64,000 bases of DNA from Octopus vulgaris (GCA_951406725.2 OX597814.1:199020001-199084000), one strand, 5' to 3'. Positions 39,136 to 52,496 are shown, counted from the first letter of the stretch. A program made the numbers and translations. Notes: generated from the sequence alone by a model not told the origin.

Positions 39136-39390
39136 AGGCGGCGAGCTGGCAGAAGAAGGCGGTGAGCTGGCAGAAACGTTAGCACGCCGGGCGAAATGCG
39201 TAGCCATATTTCGTCTGCCGTTACGTTCTGAGTTCAAATTCCGCCGAGGTCGACTTTGCCTTTCATCCTTTCGCGGTCGATTTATTAAGTACCAGTTGTA
39301 TACTGAGGTCGATGTAATTGACTTAATCCCTTTGTCTGTCCTTGTTCGTCACCTCCATGTTTAGCCCCTTGTGGGCAATAAGGAAATAAG
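39136..39390 (+). mobile_element. SINE family A with duplicated head
   Basis: ggcggcgagctggcagaa occurs twice; short flanking repeat aataaacc. Confidence 0.9.
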
Positions 39391-39439
39391 TAATAAACCT
39401 CTCATAATATGATAAGCTTTCATTTAGATACAATAATTG

Positions 39440-39795
39440 GCACTCCGACTGTTACGGCAAGTGTTCCAGTTGATCCGATCAAACGAATAGCCTAGACATA
39501 AAATTGACATAAAACTGAATAGCCTACACATAAATTTAACATAAAATCAAATCTAGTGGTAGAAGACTCGACATACTCCCGTACCGTTAACGCAGGTTTC
39601 AGGGAGTTACAACGTGACGCAGAATGTGACAGCAATGACCCTTTGAAATACAATCATTACTTATTTTGGCCAGCTGAGTAGGCTTGAACATCATGAAGTG
39701 TCTTGCTCAGGAACATTACGTGCCACTGTGTATCGAACTCACGATCTTACGATTATGAGCCTAATACCCTAACCACTACGCCACACGCCTTCACT
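39440..39795 (-). mobile_element. tRNA-derived SINE, head H1 plus tail T2 (degenerate)
   Basis: Homologous to 46181-46495. Confidence 0.75.
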
Positions 39796-40173
39796 TCATA
39801 TACGATACTGAACTTAAAAGTTGTTGTTACTTGAGCCAGTGCTGCGACAAGAGCTGTTGGCTCACAAACATACACTATACATACGCACACTGTTTGGTCA
39901 ACGACACACACTTACACATATGCCCCCACGACCTGAGCAAGCATTTATCAACTGCAACATAGAACGCACACACATACACACACACGTTAGTCACACATAT
40001 ACACATATCCATACTCACACACACATACACTCGCCCACACATAGATACTCACACACTCGCCCACACATACATACTCACACATTCGCCTCGCCTCCATTCA
40101 TACATGCACACTTATCCCATCATTCTCACATACACACACGCGCGTTTGTGCACCTTTGTTCGTTGGGGGTCAC

Positions 40174-40212
<39 letters not shown>

Positions 40213-40334
40213 CTCCTTTTTATTCAGCCGCTTTTTTCCAGTCATCTCACCATGTTTGACCGTTCAACTATATACTTTATTCTCTGTCACGGACAAAGAA
40301 TTTTTCCTTCTCTCTCCAATTTTTTCTCTTAATT

Positions 40335-40371
40335 CCTTGTGTCGAAGAGGTGTAGGCTCGAAATATAAAAG
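40335..40371 (+). ncRNA. Degenerate hammerhead-like motif
   Basis: CCUU-gUGUCGA-A-GAG(guguagg)CUC-GAAA-UA-UA-AAAG, laid out like 18741-18775. Confidence 0.35.
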
Positions 40372-40615
40372 ATTTTTCAATCTTCCCGAGGTTAAAACTA
40401 ATACACCTGTTTGTAGTTCCTACACCTGTCTTCGTTATTTGTTTTCCGTAACTTTGAAAAAAATATATATATATGGAGTTTGGGATGGGACAAGTGTACT
40501 CTACTAAAGCCTTCAAGCCAAAAAATACCTTGTGAATGAATTTAGCAAAGAGAAACTGTATATAATAGTAAACAATATGGAAGCAAGTCGAATGATGGAG
40601 TATGTATGTGTGAGC

Positions 40616-40649
<34 letters not shown>

Positions 40650-40912
40650 ATGGACGTGTGTATATGTGTATGTGTATAGACATGTGTATGTGTGTGAGTC
40701 TAGCGTGTGTGTGTCTTCGTCTTTTGTTTTCTGTAAATTTGAACTGTATATATACATGTGTGTGTGTATGTAGAAGGTTGAAAAGTAATATACGAGTAGA
40801 CATGTATAAGGAAAATAAGACAAAGTAGAAAATGCTAAAATAGTTTTATTATGAAGGACATTTTAGCTCCGGTTTCAGTCCTTGTACCGAGAGTAGGAAA
40901 ACGTCGTTATGA

Positions 40913-41090
40913 TGCCGGACGAAATGCTTAGCTGCATGTCATCCGTCTTCATAATCTGAGTTCAAATTCTGCCGAGGTCATCTTTGCCTTTCGGGGTCGA
41001 TTAAATAAACACCAGTTGAGCCCTAGAGTTGATGGCATCGCCTTACACCCTCCCCCAAAACTGCAGGCCTGGTGGCACAATTTGAACCGA
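40913..41090 (+). mobile_element. SINE family A, degenerate
   Basis: Core match. Confidence 0.7.
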
Positions 41091-41472
41091 ATGTTAATTA
41101 TTATAATTACCACGTTGTCCTTATTTGTTTGCAAGTGGATGCTGCGTGATTTTGTCTTCGTATGTATGTTTTAAGTGTCTTGGGTGCATAGAATTGCATT
41201 TGTAAATCAATATCTATTTCTTTGCTTTACTACGAAGCTTCCGTTTTTCTTTCTGATTCTATACTAGCGTTTCATCTGTTAAAGTCAATTAAGTACACTC
41301 TCTCAAACAATATCAACAGCAACACGTGACAGAAACACATATGGATATACATACCTTAGCCGTTTTCGGACTTCTCGAGCGATGAATGTCAGTAGGAGAA
41401 TTGAAAGGAGGCAGCTAGAAGGTGAGAAACACGTCTTTACAAACTGAAACTGAAAGTTAGCAGATCTGCAGG

Positions 41473-41512
<40 letters not shown>

Positions 41513-41984
41513 GACAGTTGCGGTATTTGCATATCTACTCTGGAAACAGCAATAAAAACGTCCACAAGAATTAATATCACATCCTGTTCCTGCCGCGGCT
41601 ATTGCAAATGTCTTTGTCTCAAGGTTTCTTTCAGATCACGCACTTGTACGCATTTCACTCTCATGCAGCGGTCACTCACTCTGCTAGAAATATCCTTCAA
41701 ATATATCACTTCCTAAAACTTGAAATGGCGTGGTCAATTTTGACATAGGTATGCAAATTCAGACGGGATAATGACGATTGTTATGCCACTGACCATAGCT
41801 ATCTCGATCCGAAGCGAGCTGGGTTTAAATAACAGCAATAATACCAACAGTAAATATTACAAACTCTTCACAACAGAGTTGGCAATAAAAAGAAACGTAT
41901 GGCGGAAAAGGATTTGGTGGGCCAGTAAGTGAGTGGAATTCTCTCTCATCAAAACTCAAGATATAATCTATATTTCTCATTGGT

Positions 41985-42460
41985 TTCAAATTTTGGCACA
42001 AGGCCAGCAATGTTTAAGGTAGGGACCAATCCATTACATCGACCCCAGTGTTCAACAGGTACTTATTTTAACGACTCCGAAAGACTGAGTTGACATTGGT
42101 GTTATTTGAACTCAGAACGTAGCGGCAGACGAAATACTTATTTCTTTACTACCCACAAGGGGCTAAACACAGAGAGGACAAACAAATTCCACTGAGGTAG
42201 ACTTTGCCTTTCACCCTTTCGGTGTCGATTAAATAAGTACCAGTTACGCACTGGGGTCGATATAATCAACTTAATCCGTTTGTCTGTCCTTGTTTGTCCT
42301 CTCTGTGTTTTGCCCCTTGTGGGAAGTAAAGAAATAGGTATTTTGTCTGTCGTTACGTTCTGAGTTCAAATTCCGCCGAGATCGACTTTGCATCTCATTC
42401 TTTCGGGGTCGATAAATTAAGTACCAGTCAAACACTAGGGTCTGTGTATTTGACCAGTCC
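41985..42460. mobile_element. SINE family A pieces in both orientations
   Basis: Minus-strand piece at 41985-42185 joined to a plus-strand dimer at 42185-42460. Confidence 0.8.
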
Positions 42461-42492
42461 TTTCCATTCGAGTACTTATGATAAAAGAAGTT

Positions 42493-42936
42493 AGGCGTGG
42501 GTGTGTGATAAGTAGCTTGCTTACCAGCCACAAGGATTCAGGTTCAGTCCCACTTTATGGCACCTTGGGCAAGTGTCTTCTTCTATAGCTTCGGTCCGAC
42601 CAAAGCCTTGTGAGTGGATTTGGTAGACGCAAATTGGAAGAAGCCCGTCGTATATATATATATACATATGTATGTATGTATATATATATATGTTTGTATG
42701 TATGTATACGTGTGTGTGTCTTTGTATCTGTGCTTGTCCCTCCACCATCGCTTGACAACAGATGTTGGTGAATTTACATCCTCGTAACTTAGTGGTTCAG
42801 CAAAGAGACTGATAGAACGTAACGACAGTCTTACAAAGAATAAATTCTGGGTCGATTTGTTCGACTAAAAATCCCATTAAGGTGGCGATCCAGCATCGCC
42901 GCAGTCAAGTGAGTGAAACAAGTAAAAAATAAAAGA

Positions 42937-42937
<1 letters not shown>
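42493..42937 (+). mobile_element. SINE family B, full
   Basis: Family B match. Confidence 0.85.
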
Positions 42938-43018
<81 letters not shown>

Positions 43019-43131
43019 TATCTCTTCTCAAGGCCTTTACTAACCTAAATATTTTTACATTCCATATTTAGATTTAGGAACATTTAATAAATGGTCACAA
43101 TTCCATTCCATTGACGTATAATGCAGTGTTA

Positions 43132-43559
43132 CATAATTTACACTATTTGCATTATTTACATTCGAAGGATATTTGTCCTCATCTTGTTTGTTGTTGTCAC
43201 AACGTTTCGGCTGGTATACTCTCCAGCGTTCTTCAGGTGTCTTAGGGAAATTTCGAACCTAGCTTCTCATTCCGAAGATATTTTTCAATGTTATTATTAT
43301 TATTATTGTTATTGTTCAAGTCACTGCTTGTAATCGAACTCGGATCTTGGGGTTAGTAGCCCGCGTTCTTAGCCACTTAATAATAATAATAATAATAATA
43401 ATCACATCGAAAAATACCTTCGGAATAAGAACCCAGGTTCGAAATTTCCCCCAAGACACCCGAAGAACGCTGGACGGTATATCAGCCGAAACGTTGAGAT
43501 CAAATATCCGTCGAATGTGAATAATGTCCATAATTCCTCATCTCTTAAATATAGAACTG
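43132..43559. mobile_element. tRNA-headed, hammerhead-bearing fold-back element with 13-bp TSD
   Basis: TSD taatgcagtgtta at 43119-43131 and 43560-43572. HHR (-) at 43241-43196 and (+) at 43455-43498. tRNA-like segment (-) at 43378-43315. Confidence 0.75.
43196..43241 (-). ncRNA. Minimal type-I hammerhead motif
   Basis: GACAC-CUGAAGA-AC-GCUGG(agaguaua)CCAGC-C-GAAA-CG-UU-GUG. Confidence 0.7.
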
Positions 43560-44711
43560 TAATGCAGTGTTATATATGAATTGTAATTTATACAGCTTTA
43601 ATTTTCTCAACATATTCAATGGATGTTAATTATTACCAAAATGGTGTAGTGGTGTGATTGCCGTGAGATTTGAATGTGCAGTAATTTTTAAATACAGTTT
43701 AAATTATTGTTGGAGAAAATTAAAGAAGTTAGCTATAGTTATAAAATTAAATTCATTCATTTATTTACTCCTATTAATATTCTCTAAATTTATTTAAACT
43801 ACTCCACAGAACGCGTATAAGATTTAGGAATCTGTACTTCTTGGTATGGCAAACGCGGATTTTAAGCATATTTTGCTTATAATTGTGCTATAATTATTGG
43901 ATTAAATTTAATGCAAACACTGTATTTAAATAAGAATTTTAAAAAAATTTCTTTCATTATTCCAAATTATGCAGCGCAAATCCGTTACCTTTTTAATTAA
44001 TTGATATTATTTAGACATTTTTAAGAAACCCAAACTATTTTTATAATCAATATGATTTTAACGAATATTGATTTTCGCAGGTTTTAATAAAATTTAGAAT
44101 TCTGTATGAATATTCTTCAATGCATTTATCTATAATTGTAATTCTCAAACTGTGCACCGGAGACATTTATAAATATAATTTATGAGTGCAAAAAATCCAT
44201 ATTAACTGTTGACAATTTTGTAAAACCAGTAAATCATAATTTTGTTATACATAAATATGATTACTGAAACAAGGTAAGCAACAAATTTCTCTATTTAAAA
44301 AATATTCTAGATAAATGTTTACATTTTAAACATGAATTCTTTTACAAACTTGATGCCAATGTTTTTCAACTGTCATACATTACGCAGTAGAAATACATTT
44401 GTTTGATTTCTACAGCAATTGGAAGTTTAAATGACTGAGAACCACTAAGTTACGACATTGACGATTTTCGGTTTTTATGATATCTATGAAAATTTTCAAC
44501 GATAAAGTAATATAGTTTTGCAACATGATTCTGGGATCGATCTTATGTCAATGGACCTTAGAAATGTAACTTCAAACATTGCCTAACTTTGGTTTGATCA
44601 TTGTTTTATAACCGATATATATTACACTAAAGTTGCGAAGTCCTGTCTAATATATATGTAAGCGTACATACATTATATACATACATGCATACATACATGA
44701 TTATTTATATA

Positions 44712-44873
44712 TGACGGGCTTCTTTCAGTTTCCGTCTACCAAATCCACTCACAAGACTTTGGTCGACCCGAGGCTAGAGTAGAAGACACTTGCCCAAGGT
44801 GCCACACAGTGGAACTAAATCCGGAACCATGTGGTTGGCAAGCAACCTACTTACCACACAGCTACTCCTGCGC
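44712..44873 (-). mobile_element. SINE family B, 5' half
   Basis: Family B match. Confidence 0.85.
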
Positions 44874-45018
44874 TATATATATATATATATATATATAACA
44901 TTAAGGGCACAGAAACCAGTGTGCCTATATGTTAAAAAACACTAATTCACTTCAATATACACAGGATGAAAGCGGGAAAAGTGGATAAATCAAAAAATTC
45001 ATAAAATAATTAGGATAC

Positions 45019-45073
45019 TCCTAGATTAATTAATTTCTGGACAAGTATAGTAACGCCTCATTTATCAGTAGGT
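45019..45073 (-). ncRNA. Hammerhead motif, diverged inverted partner of 45594-45650
   Basis: CCUA-CUGAUAA-...GUCCA-GAAA-UUAAUUAA-UC-UAGG. Confidence 0.55.
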
Positions 45074-45119
45074 TATAGCAAGCGTAATAACTGAATATAT
45101 GTATACATACATCTATACA

Positions 45120-45284
45120 GGCGCAGGAGTGCCTGTGTAGTACGAAGCTAGCTTCCCAAACACATGTTTCTGGGTTGGTTCAGTCTCATTGCATGGTACG
45201 TTCGGCAAGAGTCTTCTACTATAGCCTCTGGCCGACTAAAGCCTTGCGAGTGGATTTGGTAGACGAAAATGAAAGAAGCCTGTC

Positions 45285-45332
<48 letters not shown>

Positions 45333-45540
45333 ATTTGTATGTCTGTATTTGTCCTCCGACATCGCTTGTCAACCGATGTTGGTGTGCTTACGTCCCCGTA
45401 AACTAGCGGTTCGGTAAAAGAGACCGATAGGATAAGTACTAGGTTTACAAAGAATAAGTCCTGGCGTCGATGTCTTCGTCTAAAGGCAGTGCTCCAGCAA
45501 GGCCGAAGTCAAATGACTGAAACAAGTAATAGAATAAAAG
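45120..45540 (+). mobile_element. SINE family B, full
   Basis: Family B match. Confidence 0.9.
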
Positions 45541-45593
45541 AACACCAATACAAATGTACACGTATACATATTTTCAGTTATTACGCTTGCTAT

Positions 45594-45650
45594 ATCCTAC
45601 TGATGAAGGAAGAGTTATCATGCTTGTCCAGAAATTGACGAATCTAGGAT
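45594..45650 (+). ncRNA. Type-I hammerhead motif with canonical core
   Basis: AUCCUA-CUGAUGA-AGGA...UCCA-GAAA-UU(gacg)AA-UC-UAGGAU, with a perfect 6-bp stem I. Confidence 0.8.
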
Positions 45651-45740
45651 TATCCGAATTGTTTTATAAATTTTCTAATTTTCCACTTTTCCCGCTTTTA
45701 GATTACTACACATACACTCATACACACACACAAGCACACA

Positions 45741-45880
45741 CATAGTGTATCATCTGCATACAAATAGATGTACCACTACCACTGTAAACATTTGAGAATG
45801 TCCACTATCTAGTCTGGTTCCAGTATGGTGGTCAAGAAAATACGATGCTTAGTATTAATTCTAGTTACAATATACAGAGA
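45741..45880 (-). pseudogene. Decayed LINE RT fragment (YADD motif), second copy at 48563-48702
   Basis: Minus strand reads TILEP...DILKCL...IYLYADDTL; the second copy reads IYLHAHDTL. Confidence 0.5.
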
Positions 45881-46180
45881 GTATAACCAATATATTGCAC
45901 ATAAATTGCTAACCAGGGAATCTTAAATGGACCCCACAAGAGTCATAAGGACTCCAATTGTGAACTCCTGGACTGAAGTTTCAGCGCGTGTGTAAAGGAT
46001 GAATGGACAACCTGACAGCGCGAAAGCAATTTCTTTAAGGGCGAATGAACTCAAAAGACGTCAAACGTTATTTGTTAATACTAATAATCGAGCAAGACCA
46101 TTTTATAAAGAGTTTTTTGTTGTTTAAGTTTGAAGTAGAGCCAATGTGATTCGTACATTCACCATAAGGGAAGATAAGGA

Positions 46181-46495
46181 ACACTCCGTCGGTTACGACG
46201 ACGAGGGTCCCAGCTGGTACGATCAACGGAACGGCCTGCTCGTGAAATTAACGTGCAAGTGGCTGAGCACTCCACAGACACGTGTACCCTTGACGTAGTT
46301 CTCAGGGAGATTCAGCGTGACACAAAGTGTGACAAGGCCGGCCCTTTGAAATACAGGTACTACTAATTTTTGCCAGCTGAGTTAGACTGGAGCAACGTGA
46401 AATAAAGTGTCTTATTCAAGGACACAACAAGTTGCTGGGAATTGAACTTACGATCATGAGCCGAATGCCCTAACCAATAAGCCACGCGCCTTCAC
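46181..46495 (-). mobile_element. tRNA-derived SINE, head H1 plus tail T2
   Basis: Reverse complement of the gtgaaggcgcgtggctta..ggttaggg head; tail differs from T1 and T3. Confidence 0.85.
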
Positions 46496-47004
46496 GTAAC
46501 GGAAGACAACTAAGCCTATGATAAACAATTACCTTTAAGGTAATAATTAGTCCATAGACATAAACGGTTTAATTTTCTACTGTTTGTCCGTGTTGCAGCG
46601 GCTTATGTCTTGTAAGAGCGGACTGTAATTTTCTAACACCGTCTTTGTTAAATGACCGGCTCCTAAGAGATATTTGCATTGCTTATAATTAAAAATAATC
46701 AATTATGGCTGGACTTCCTTAACAATAACATTAGGTTACGATTATAAATTTGTAAAATGGTGTTATATAAGGTTTTGTGCTAATTTCAATATTTGTATAT
46801 ATAAACCTTACAAGATGTTCAAAATTGATTAATGGTATATCCGTATTGTATCTTATTGAATGGGTTGATCGATAGAATAGAAAATTCGGTATCGATCTGT
46901 AATATCAAATTGATGCTTGTTTTCGTTATTACACGCTTGGAGTAGTTGTTATGGCAAATGTGTGTGTGAGTATAGATACGTGTGTGTGCCTGTATGTGTT
47001 TGTA

Positions 47005-47022
47005 CGTATGCATATATACATA

Positions 47023-47099
<77 letters not shown>

Positions 47100-47130
47100 A
47101 TATATATATATATATATATGTATGTGTATA

Positions 47131-47173
<43 letters not shown>

Positions 47174-47216
47174 ATATATATATATATATATATGTATGTG
47201 TATATATATATATATA

Positions 47217-47256
<40 letters not shown>

Positions 47257-47330
47257 CACATATATATATATATATATTTATATGTACATATATATATATG
47301 TATGTATATATATAGTTGCATACATATATA
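47005..47330. repeat. TA/TG microsatellite, followed by a short Dong/R4 fragment at 47330-47390
   Basis: Direct reading. tggtatttag..tgtgttacatatcccagtgccca matches 33719-33760. Confidence 0.9.
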
Positions 47331-49294
47331 TGGTATTTAGTTAGTGTGTTACATATCCCAGTGCCCAAATAATTACAGGTACAAACCTCTGTGTGTATGT
47401 ATGTAACACAATTAGACGAGTAACTTCTTGAAACAATATTCGTTTTGCATTGCCTTTCGACTTCCTCGAAGATTTTAAAGTAAGTATTGTAATTCGGGTT
47501 CGTAGTTTTGTTAATGGTTACAGTTCAGTGAAACATAATTTATAGACTAGATTCAAGAAGATTTCAAATCCGGTAACAAATGCTTTGTTGGAGGAGAATT
47601 TAACTGTTCGTTGGTATTAAGTTCGTCGAGAAAGTATCCTAATATTTTATCAAGATAGTACAAATTGGTTTCTGTTCTTATACGTTTTAACCCACGCTTT
47701 AATGTCAAATAGGCTGTATACTAGTTTCTGAGAAACTTACTTAATCATACGCGACTTTATTATTGGTAATTTATATTTTCAAATAACTGCTAAATTTCAT
47801 TTAACGTTATCAAGTATAATTTAAATACCAACAGCATTTTCGTCACATGACACTATATTGCTCACTGATGAGATAATTCTGTAAATTTATGAGTATTAGA
47901 AATTTATTGTTCGAAATGTTCTCAAAATAAGAAGCCCTTTTCGTTTGGTTGTTTCTTTTGTTGTCCATTTGAATATGTTTGTATCTCATCATCCTCTTTG
48001 CTTCCAGTATAATATACACAGCAAACTTAGGAGAAATTAACGACAACCAAAGTTTATGTCATGGCTTGAGGGATATTCGAACCTGTAAGAAAGCTATCAC
48101 TGTATTCAGTCAAGAAGAAAATCTCTAGCTAGAGACAAATAAGTTTTAATGCACCGAGTCAGTTCACAGTGCTCCATATTCAAACCGCTCAAACATATAT
48201 TTCGGAGTCGTTATCACTTCTTCAGCAGCAAAGACTGGAGAGGTAAACGCTGTGAACTGTTTCATTTGATATTCCTGTCATCGCTTAACGACTGGTTGCG
48301 CTAGTCAGCCGATCACTTTAAATAAAGTACGGGCTGAGAGCGTCAAGCAGTGATGTATATAAATACAATATCTAAAGTAGGCAGGTATATACATAGATAC
48401 AGGTGTTCAATAAAGTAATCAATGCATATGAAATAGAGTTAATATAATTTTAATTCGAATGCTGGCTATGCGAGGAATCAGCTTTTTCGATTTACTACAC
48501 ACACACACAAACAGACGCATGAACATACATACGAATGAACACACTCACACACACACCAATATATAGTGTATCATGAGCATGCAAATAGATGTACAACTAC
48601 CACTGTAAGCATTTGAGAATATCTACTATCTAGTCTGCTTCCAATATGGTGGTCAAGCTGATATGTTGCTTAGTAGTATTTCTAGTTATAATATACAAGA
48701 GAAAATTTAGGAGAAATTACAACAAACATAAATGTATGTCATTCCTTTCTCCGTGGGGTGGTTGTCTGCCACTCTACATTAGGAGTTCCGAGTGCAATTG
48801 GATGCTTAACTCCAACGGATCATTAAGGAACACTTCAATGCATTATGTTACAGATATTGTTTCTATGCAACGTGATGCCATAAAGTTCCCTGAATCCCTC
48901 TTCGTGAAAAATCCAATTCCATTTTTGACACATTCTGTACAGAATTAAAAGAAACATAATGGTGAAACGAACGTAGGAGTAAGTTATATAAACCTGTGTT
49001 TATCGGAATTTCTCCTACATAGATACCTAGATACACGCATAAACACACACACACACACACGCACACACACACACGCACACACACATATATAGATATGCAT
49101 ATGCGTATAACGCACAAAACTCTCGAATCTTGTGTTATTCTATTACTTCTGCTAAATATTAATAAACACACACACACATCACGCACACGCACACACACAC
49201 ACACACACACAAACACACACATACACATCACACACACACACATCACACACACAGACACACACACACAGACACACACACACAGATTATTATAAGG

Positions 49295-49425
49295 TTGTCC
49301 CAAAAGTTCGTAGAAAGTCTTGGAAAATAATGGTCTTTATTTTGAGGAATAATTTTTGTTATTTTTGTTAGTACTTGGTGAGTAAAAATTCAATTTTCGC
49401 AAGTGTTTACGAACTTTTGGGACAA
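49295..49425. mobile_element. Small Tc1/mariner-like MITE
   Basis: 18-bp perfect inverted termini ttgtcccaaaagttcgta / tacgaacttttgggacaa. Confidence 0.7.
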
Positions 49426-49954
49426 TGAAACACAAGAGAAAATAAAATAAAATGCAAGATGTGTATCTTGTTATATTGTTGTATTAGCATATTGCTTAAA
49501 GGAAAGGAAAGACGTTTGACGTCTCGAATTCCTTGGACGCTAGTCATCATCCGAAGATTAAAAAAGAAAAGAAAAAGGGAGCATGAAAGAGATAAAGTGA
49601 TTGGTGGAAAAAAATTAGGGGTTTTGGAGACAGGAGAGAACAGACAGTAAAAACGCTTTGGAGTGTATCTGGCTCCGTCGAGAGCAGAGTCGTAAATCGA
49701 CGTCGAAATTCAGAGTCAATTATGGTTTAGGCGGCTGAACAGCCACTGGAATGTCTCCCCTATGGCACTACGGTGGGGAAATAAAAAATGGAGTAGCAAT
49801 GAGGGAAACTGTATTACTTATTGGACTGAAGCAATGCCAGGGCTCTGGTTTTAAGGATTTAGTTGAGAAAAATCTACACCTGCACCTCTTTTACGTTTCC
49901 TACTGTGTTTCCTGTCAGCTGTGTTTGAGCTGAGGGTAGAGAATGATTATGCAG

Positions 49955-50182
49955 AAGGCGCTGGCTGAAACGTTAGCACGCCGGGCGAAATGCGTAGCCG
50001 TATTTGGTCTGCCGTTACGTTCTGAGTTCAAATTCCGCCGAGGTCGACTTTGCCTTTCATCCTTTCGGGGTCGATAAATTAAATACCAGTCACGCACTGG
50101 GGTCGATATAATCGGCTTAATCCGTTTGTCTGTCCTTGTTTGTCCTCTCTCTGTTTAGCCTCTTGTGGGTAGTAAAGAAATA
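49955..50182 (+). mobile_element. SINE family A monomer with 20-bp TSD
   Basis: TSD ggtagagaatgattatgcag at 49935-49954 and 50183-50202. Confidence 0.95.
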
Positions 50183-51722
50183 GGTAGAGAATGATTATGC
50201 AGGTATTTGACTACTAATTCTGTTAGATCGAGCAACTAACTTGGTGGTCCCTCATTGATTAATTATATCTGACAAATTTTAATTTACACCAGTGGTGATG
50301 CAGAAATAACTGAGTGAATCTCATGACCAACAACACCATTAACAACAATTAAAGTACTTTCTGCATTCAGTATTTTCTTATCTATATGCTGGCGTGGATA
50401 AGATTTTCCATTCAACTTTCTAGTGTCAATTAAATACTAAGCACATTATGTCATCTAATTCAGTCAATAGTTACTCAAACATGCAAGAAGATGATGTATT
50501 AGAACTTTCTCGAAGATAACAATCTTTTGAAACAGTCTCATTTATAAAGCTGTGATCAGTTACATTTGGCACGTTCGTGTATTTAAACATGAATAAAGAC
50601 CTTCGCTGCGGAAGCTATCATATACGCGAACGTGATGAATGTATCTGTACAAGGACAGCTTTATTTTAATCATCGCAGTTTAGTGTGACAGTAATTAATT
50701 CTTAACTATATCATTAGTGAGACAATTAAATTAAAATGGATATGTCTTTTTTATTGATTAAAAATAAACATATAATATCTTTCATAATTTGATTATTCAA
50801 ATGCGAAACATGAAATTTGCTATGTCAGCCAAAATGTCATAATTTCTAGTTGATGGGGGAGTGCAGTCAATAACATCAATTACATCGAACCCAGTACTAG
50901 ACAGATAATTTATTTTATTGATCACAGAAGGATGAAAGTAACAGTTTTCCCTTTCGGGATTCGAAACATAACTTAAAGAAATACAAATTGTTATGAAATA
51001 CATTTCAATCAGTATTTTATAGATTCTGCCATCCATTCAGACATCGGCCATATTATTTTTTATCGTTTCCCTTGTTTCACCCTCAATGTTAAGGACCACA
51101 CTTTCATACTCTTTACTCGGATAGTTGGAGCATAGGTCTTGCCAGAGCTTACTCTTCGGCTGATTCGAAGGCACATAGATGCCTCTGCTTTTTCGATAGG
51201 CAGCGCTTTATAAATATCCTCCCAGAACTTTTGTTAACGGATTCGTTGAACAAAGAGACTTCCTTTTTTGTGACATGTCTCTCCCAAGCAGTACTTTATC
51301 TAAAACATCTTTCTGTTCTGTTACAATAGCAACCCTATGTCACTGTTTCGCTCTTACATCGTAAAATCTATCACCGCTTTGTTTTTCAGTCCTATTCATA
51401 AAAGTGCTTACAACTTTTTCTCTTTATTCAATTGTCATCGCTTCTTTTACGCTTGACCTTTTCTTTCAACATTTTCAAATTGCTTTAAAAATATTTTGGT
51501 ACCTCTTTTGCGGCAACGCTTGAGTCTGAAACAGCTTTTTGCTAATCCAGTGGAAGCCATATTAAAATAAGATTAGACAATGTCAACACACACACACACA
51601 CACACACATTTAAACTATTTCGAATGACAAAACAATATTTTTCCTTTGTAGACTAATAAGATTGGAAAAAAATTTGGGGTTCAAAATTCCTATATTGCAA
51701 GCATTATTCATTCATCCGTCTA

Positions 51723-51910
51723 TTGTTGTTGAGAATGGTCGAGGACATCAGCTGGAGGAATAATAGTGTCATGGCACGATGTCAGGCTCTGGCTAGTCAG
51801 TCCGATGCGTGCTCGGAAGACTGCCGCAGGTCTGGCACTAATGGTCAGCTAGAACTGAAGACAAGGAGTTGGCTCTCGACTTTGTGCCCCTGCCGTCCTG
51901 TTCTGGTCGT
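51723..51910 (+). mobile_element. Possible RTE-type LINE 3' remnant
   Basis: LLRMVEDISWRN resembles the LLR...ISW motif of RTE ORFs; heavily decayed. Confidence 0.3.
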
Positions 51911-52496
51911 AGGAACTGGCATCTCGGTTCGTGCAGCTTCCCTGGCGAGGGCAAAAGCAGCAACAACTGCAATAAGATAATTATTGTTTCTACGTGAAGC
52001 ACGAAGCCAGCAGGTTTTGGTGTAACGATGTTTAATCGATTTTATCAACTCACAATACCTCACAGAAAGCTTGTTTCATTAATCTTGTGAAGAAAATGCA
52101 AAATTTACTTCGGAAGTAAAGACCTAAAACTAACACTACAAGGTATTTTGTCCAAAGCACCTCCAACTATTCTAACAATGTATCGCCCACAAGTGCTTCT
52201 GATTTAGGCACAAGTAATTTTGAGGAGAGGGGCCAGTCGAATTCTTCTACCGCAGTTGTTTCCAGGTACTTTATTTTATCAACCCAGAAAATTTAGACAA
52301 CAATAAATTTGAAATTAGGCACAAAGCCAGAAATTGAAGACGAGGTATAATCGATTATATTGCTGCATAAGATTGATACTATATTTGATCTACCACGAAG
52401 GATAAAATCCATAGTTGACCTCGATGGGATTTGAACTCGTAAATATGAAAGAAACAGAAGATTTTTTTCTGCAAAGTATTCTTCCAACACCCCAAC

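Noticed and set aside
39821-40507. 228-aa ORF
   Set aside because: Composed of CA-rich and (ATT)n simple sequence plus a repeat fragment.
41477-41716. Cys-rich ORF (SCSCRGYCKCLC)
   Set aside because: Starts in an (ATG)n microsatellite and is too short to assign; at most a decayed transposon remnant.
44081-44273. Candidate exon ttttcgcag|...aag|gtaagc
   Set aside because: Stops in all frames and very AT-rich; such signals arise by chance and nothing else supports it.
51110-51560. Possible Dong/R4 N-terminal relic (QKFWEDIY, minus strand)
   Set aside because: One short motif among many stops; not supportable without a search.
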